Positions 55,130 through 59,466 of a DNA stretch of 59,466 nucleotides are shown piece by piece (position 1 is the first letter of the stretch; each line of letters begins with the position of its first letter). The notes under the pieces are model-generated. The model saw only the letters and a program-made list of their open reading frames with translations, was not told where the DNA came from and searched no databases. Position numbers and translations under genes: made by a program. The DNA is from Fibrobacteria bacterium (GTDB lineage Bacteria; Fibrobacterota; Chitinivibrionia; Chitinivibrionales; FEN-1185), in the NCBI GenBank assembly GCA_037447435.1, contig JBBIGR010000032.1, positions 1-59,466 of the forward strand. The letters run 5' to 3'.

Positions 55130-55248
55130 TGGTTCTCATTGTAGATTGGCATATTCGTATTTTTTATTCACACGACATACCTGTTTCCCCATTTCTCTGG
55201 TAGAAGCATTGAATTAAAAATTACCGCACGTCATAAAAGTATATCCTG

Positions 55249-57984
55249 TCAGTACGTTATGCCGATGACTCCCCAAAGTTTCGTATTGCGCGACTCCCCT
55301 GTTTTTCTATTGAGATATGCCAAAGTCACGGCTACCCGGTAAATTCCTGGCGCGACTTTCATACCGCTCGCGTTAAAGCCGTTCCAATAAATATCGTAAT
55401 CGTCGACCGAACTGGTTTTAATATTGTCATATACGACCCTTGTATACGCCTCGGTAACCGAATTGCCGACCGCGTCATAAATCTTGACCCGTAAATCTAT
55501 CGATTCGTCAATGCTTTTCGGCCAGGACATTTTAAAGGTTATTATGGTTCCCGCACCTTCCTCAGATACCCAATGGCGGGCTTCGGGGTTTTTATTATTG
55601 GCCAGAAAAACGCCGGGCATTTCGTGTTTAAAAGTCGGCTTCGAAGGATTCGGGACGGCCACAATGTCGGTCGGTATTCCGTTTTTCACCTTCACTTTAG
55701 TAAATCTATTTAACCCATTCGGCGGATTTCCTCCCGAGACCAGAAGTTTTGATGCATCGAACACTCTGTTTGCAGCGCTGTCGACTGTGATAAAATTGTG
55801 TTCCGTCAAGTCTAAATCGTTCGTCATTTTGAAACTATACGTACTGTCATTAATGTATGTAAACGCATCGATTTTCAGCGTACCGGAGTTGAGCGTAACA
55901 TTGTCGCCTAACGTGGTAAGCGGAATATACCGTTTAGCAACGGAATCATAGCTCCATACGTTTAAAACCCACTCGGGCTTGGTTCCGGCAGCGGAAAACA
56001 CGTTCCCGTTTGGGCCTTTAATGGGTTCCGAGAAAACAACGACTACCTCATCGGTTGTCCGGTCGGTAACGCTGTTAATCGTTTTCGTAACGGTCCAGAC
56101 AACCGGCCCCGCACCGTCCGCACATTTGGCATATTCGGGATTTTTTAATCCGGAAATAAAAACTGTCGGCGTCCAGGCGGTTTGCGGAGCACCCGGCACG
56201 GTTGTGGAATCTTCTTTAAAATAAACCGTGAAATGCTTCTGGTCCGACGCGGTCCCGATCACCGAATCGGCCGAGAAATAAACTTTTCTATTTTGTGAAA
56301 CAGTATCGACAATGGTAAATACCGGGTTACCGGTCAGCATATCGATAACGGGTAGGGTAAATGTCAGTTCAATGGCGTCCAAATACCCGTCGCCGTTAAA
56401 ATCCCGGGTCACTGCCGATTGTAAAACGGTTCCCGGCCCCAAGAATACCAGCAGCAGACTGTCGCCGGTCGAATCGTTCAGCGCTGCCGAACGCAATGCC
56501 CGTGCCCGCAAATACCCGCTTTCGTCAACGGTCACCTTCGTTCCTTCCATATATACCTGCGGAATATTTTTCGACTGGTCCGGCAAATGCAGATTCCCCG
56601 TCGTGTCCCAATTCGAGAATATCTTGCCGATCCGGTTACCGTACAGGTCGTACCCCACGGCGTTCACGGTCAAGCCGGGCGCACGGTATGCTATCGTATC
56701 CGGCCCGACCAGATGTACGCCGAGCGCATTCTCTAATTGCAACGTATTCAGCGGACCGGGATGGAGTTTGATGGGTGCGGTCATGGTATGTACCGTATCC
56801 AAAATTACCACGAGACGGTGCATGGTGTCGGTGCAAACGGGGCAAGGATACGGAGCCCGGTACAATGTCAAGGTGACGGTATCCACCCCGTTTTTGAAAC
56901 ATTGGTCGATTTTTTGATTGCTGTTGGGAACAATGTCAATGACGCCCGTGGTACCGTTGTTTGAACCCACCGTCGGATCGATTGTCGTTTTGCCTTTTCC
57001 CAAAGAGTCCTGATATACCGATCCGGTGTCCGCTTTAAAACAATATGTCCCGGGCACCAACCCGTCAAGGTTCGATATCGTGACAACCGCCTTAAACGGT
57101 TGTCCGGCAATAATGGAATCAGGTGAGGTAATTACGGTAAAGGTCGCCTTGCTCGGCGGCGCCACGAACACATTCACATCGATGCGTACCGATGCGGAAT
57201 CAGTTTTTGCGGAAAGGACATTTACTTGCGGCGGCGCGACTCCCGGATAGGTCGGTTTGAAGGCCCATGAATTGGCGCTTCCCGTGGGCAACGGAATTTC
57301 CGCCGGGATTCCGGGTGCCATTGTCCATGCGCCCGAAGCATCCACCCAATTCGTTTTCAATGAATCCGTAGACAAAATTCCTTTGAGAATCAGGAATTTG
57401 TCGTGGTCGGTATCCATACTAATAAATGTGACATCTTGTCCGGTAAGAGCATCCACGAATTTTAGTTTTACAAAATAACCGGCATATATAGTCACCGAAA
57501 CATTGTCCGGCAGCAGATCATAAATACCGAGCTTGTCTTTTGCATTCAACCGCACGGTGGTAATGCCGTTTGTCATTCTGTTAATCAGCCCGATGAACGG
57601 AGGCGTACCGTTTGTCGGGTTTGCTATCCCCGCATTTCCGACTTCGCTCCACACCGCGTTGTTCGCCATTCTCACGAAGTTCCCGAACGTGTCCCTGACA
57701 ACGCCGTAAACGATTTTCTGATTTTGCGTGCCGGTCATGACGACGCTCGCGACTTTCAAAGGATTTCGAAGCCGCTGCAAACTCGCGGCACTGGTATCGT
57801 TTATGTTGATGTTCGAATCCGGCTCAATATACGCCTTATATTCCTTCCCGGCCTTGACATATACCCGGACGGATTTTGTCAATGGGTCCGCACCCGGGTT
57901 GGCATACGTTGCCGTTATAGTGTAAAATTGATATGCGGTAACCGCATGAAAGGTGTTGGTGGAATCCAAATTATTGGTCCTCAT
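55249..57984 (-). CDS. Large extracellular Ig-like/beta-rich protein, C-terminal part (FlgD-Ig/CTD-like end)
   Basis: 911 aa, Thr/Ser/Asp-rich, DFNGDGYLD Ca motif, C-terminal PNP..KIYDAVGN.V..WNG.N..G.KVAPGIY. No signal peptide. Confidence 0.8.
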   Translation of the reverse strand: MRTNNLDSTNTFHAVTAYQFYTITATYANPGADPLTKSVRVYVKAGKEYKAYIEPDSNININDTSAASLQRLRNPLKVASVVMTGTQNQKIVYGVVRDTFGNFVRMANNAVWSEVGNAGIANPTNGTPPFIGLINRMTNGITTVRLNAKDKLGIYDLLPDNVSVTIYAGYFVKLKFVDALTGQDVTFISMDTDHDKFLILKGILSTDSLKTNWVDASGAWTMAPGIPAEIPLPTGSANSWAFKPTYPGVAPPQVNVLSAKTDSASVRIDVNVFVAPPSKATFTVITSPDSIIAGQPFKAVVTISNLDGLVPGTYCFKADTGSVYQDSLGKGKTTIDPTVGSNNGTTGVIDIVPNSNQKIDQCFKNGVDTVTLTLYRAPYPCPVCTDTMHRLVVILDTVHTMTAPIKLHPGPLNTLQLENALGVHLVGPDTIAYRAPGLTVNAVGYDLYGNRIGKIFSNWDTTGNLHLPDQSKNIPQVYMEGTKVTVDESGYLRARALRSAALNDSTGDSLLLVFLGPGTVLQSAVTRDFNGDGYLDAIELTFTLPVIDMLTGNPVFTIVDTVSQNRKVYFSADSVIGTASDQKHFTVYFKEDSTTVPGAPQTAWTPTVFISGLKNPEYAKCADGAGPVVWTVTKTINSVTDRTTDEVVVVFSEPIKGPNGNVFSAAGTKPEWVLNVWSYDSVAKRYIPLTTLGDNVTLNSGTLKIDAFTYINDSTYSFKMTNDLDLTEHNFITVDSAANRVFDASKLLVSGGNPPNGLNRFTKVKVKNGIPTDIVAVPNPSKPTFKHEMPGVFLANNKNPEARHWVSEEGAGTIITFKMSWPKSIDESIDLRVKIYDAVGNSVTEAYTRVVYDNIKTSSVDDYDIYWNGFNASGMKVAPGIYRVAVTLAYLNRKTGESRNTKLWGVIGITY

Positions 57985-58958
57985 GTAGCTTTGCGTACCA
58001 TTCGGCGAAAGCGTCCATTGGACCTGGAAAAATGCATGGTATCGCCGGCAGATATCGTATCTTTTATCGGGAACAGGTCAAGATTTAATTGAGAAGGCCC
58101 CCGCAGGATAAAAACCCCGGTAACGTTAAAACGAATATCTTCAAAATGAATATCGCCGCCGTTGAATTGATCTTCAAAACCGAATTCAACGGTATCCGTA
58201 CGTATATCGCCGCCCAAGCGGGTATGCACCCATCCCGCTTCAAACCAACGCCTGCCGACAGGGACGAGTTTTTGTTGATTTATGCTAAATATCGTCGCGG
58301 GAATTTGCGGGTTGACAAGCGTATTGCCGTTTCGCCGGCTGTAATGTTTGTCCGTGTTCAGCCAGCCTTCTCCCGGCGCCCTGTTGGGCCCCGTAAAAAG
58401 GGAATCGATCTGATAAACGCCAAGATCATTGGTCAATGGTGTATAATTGCCGCAGGCGGATCCTCCGGAATTTTGCTCAAAGGATCTATACATAAAATAT
58501 AAAGTGTCCAAATCGCGAATCGTCGGGGTGATTTTCGAAAGGTCTACTCTCGTCGGTCCTGTTCCGTTGCATTTGTTATAGAATAAAAAAAGTGCACTGT
58601 CCGGTTTTCCAGGCCTTGGAACCATGAGATACAATGCGCCGTGATAACTACCTTGCGGCACATAATAATTTGCAAGCCAAACCACAAAGGGCTTTGTGGT
58701 ATCACGAAGAAACGTAGCGCCGACCCATAACGAATCGGCATGCCATGTTCCGGTACCTTGAGGAACGCCATGCTGCGGGTCTCCCTGTACTGCCCATAAA
58801 TCCGTATTTTCCCCTCCCAAATCCATGTGGGAATATGTATTGGAAAAAAAAACGAAGATTATTCCAAGCGACACCCAAACAATCGGCAAAAACCGGAATT
58901 TCTTGATTTGTGAATTCTTTTGGAATTCTCGTTTTCGTTCCATACCTGTGCCTTTCAA
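57981..58958 (-). CDS. Secreted protein, probable N-terminal part of the split large protein
   Basis: Basic N-terminus followed by a hydrophobic signal, FGFED..D.HFEDI.F motif, aberrant Arg-rich tail. Confidence 0.7.
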   Translation of the reverse strand: MKGTGMERKREFQKNSQIKKFRFLPIVWVSLGIIFVFFSNTYSHMDLGGENTDLWAVQGDPQHGVPQGTGTWHADSLWVGATFLRDTTKPFVVWLANYYVPQGSYHGALYLMVPRPGKPDSALFLFYNKCNGTGPTRVDLSKITPTIRDLDTLYFMYRSFEQNSGGSACGNYTPLTNDLGVYQIDSLFTGPNRAPGEGWLNTDKHYSRRNGNTLVNPQIPATIFSINQQKLVPVGRRWFEAGWVHTRLGGDIRTDTVEFGFEDQFNGGDIHFEDIRFNVTGVFILRGPSQLNLDLFPIKDTISAGDTMHFSRSNGRFRRMVRKAT

Positions 58959-59103
58959 TTAATAGTCAATACGACGGTACTAATTAGACAATGGAAAAAA
59001 GATTGATCCAAGCCAACGGCCTTGATCTTTACTGTCGATGATTTAATTGCAAAGGTTCAAATAAAATGAGAATGGGCGGAAAAAACGGGCAAGGAATCAA
59101 ATG

Positions 59104-59451
59104 TCAGAATAATACTTCGGATTCTACCGATTCAACATTTTTTAGGTCTTTAATTGTAGGAATAATATGGTCGACGTACGCGGCTTTGAAGAGTTCCCGT
59201 ACTTCTTTATTTTTTCCGCAATAAATATAGGTGCTCACGTTGCGGTATTTATTCAATTTGTAAATTTCAAGCATTTTCCCCAAGAACCTGCTGTTGGGCA
59301 TTTTGGCATTCGAGAAATCGAATATCAAATAGGGAATCGGACGCGAAATAGCTTCAATAACATCAGCCGACATCGTATCGGCGTCCCCAATTGCGATATT
59401 TCCGGACAATTCAACTATTATCCCACCTTGACTCGTAATATTCAGGTTCAA
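59104..59451 (-). CDS. STAS domain anti-sigma factor antagonist
   Basis: VELSGNI, LIFDFS....NSRFLG.ML, VRELF. TTG start close to the window edge. Confidence 0.75.
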   Translation of the reverse strand: MNLNITSQGGIIVELSGNIAIGDADTMSADVIEAISRPIPYLIFDFSNAKMPNSRFLGKMLEIYKLNKYRNVSTYIYCGKNKEVRELFKAAYVDHIIPTIKDLKNVESVESEVLF

Positions 59452-59466
59452 ATAGATCGGAAGAGC

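Noticed and set aside
58026..58035. Programmed -1 ribosomal frameshift at the split-gene junction
   Set aside because: T-TTT-TCC is not a canonical X-XXY-YYZ heptamer and I saw no clear stimulatory structure.

Overview
This is a bacterial chromosomal window whose core (about 3.7-34.8 kb, all on the minus strand) is a contiguous translation/transcription superoperon. In transcription order it runs: tRNA-Thr/Tyr/Gly/Thr, tuf, rpmG, tRNA-Trp, secE, nusG, rplKAJL, rpoBC, rpsLG, fusA, then the S10, spc and alpha clusters ending at rplQ. It is preceded by purM-cysS-clpP and followed by a secreted protein and tRNA-His. The right flank (38-59 kb) is accessory. It holds a GH88 hydrolase, an esterase, a beta-barrel and a CBM9-like lipoprotein, a Ca-binding-repeat protein, a FapA(DUF342)-STAS operon, an F420-reductase-like protein, an HDOD/histidine-kinase signalling operon, an MFS transporter, a split large secreted protein and a STAS protein. 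The secreted proteins resemble those of Fibrobacterota (Chitinivibrionia-like), which is inference only. I found no CRISPR array, rRNA, transposase or integrase, and no unmistakable new multi-gene system. The best leads are: (1) the str-operon EF-G has lost its domain IV translocation residues, (2) EF-Tu has a rewritten switch I, (3) a REC-DHp protein with a dead ATPase domain sits in an HDOD/kinase operon, (4) tRNA-Thr(TGT) carries a compensatory A19-U56 pair, (5) several r-protein spacers are unusually long and structured, and (6) a large secreted-protein gene appears frameshifted.
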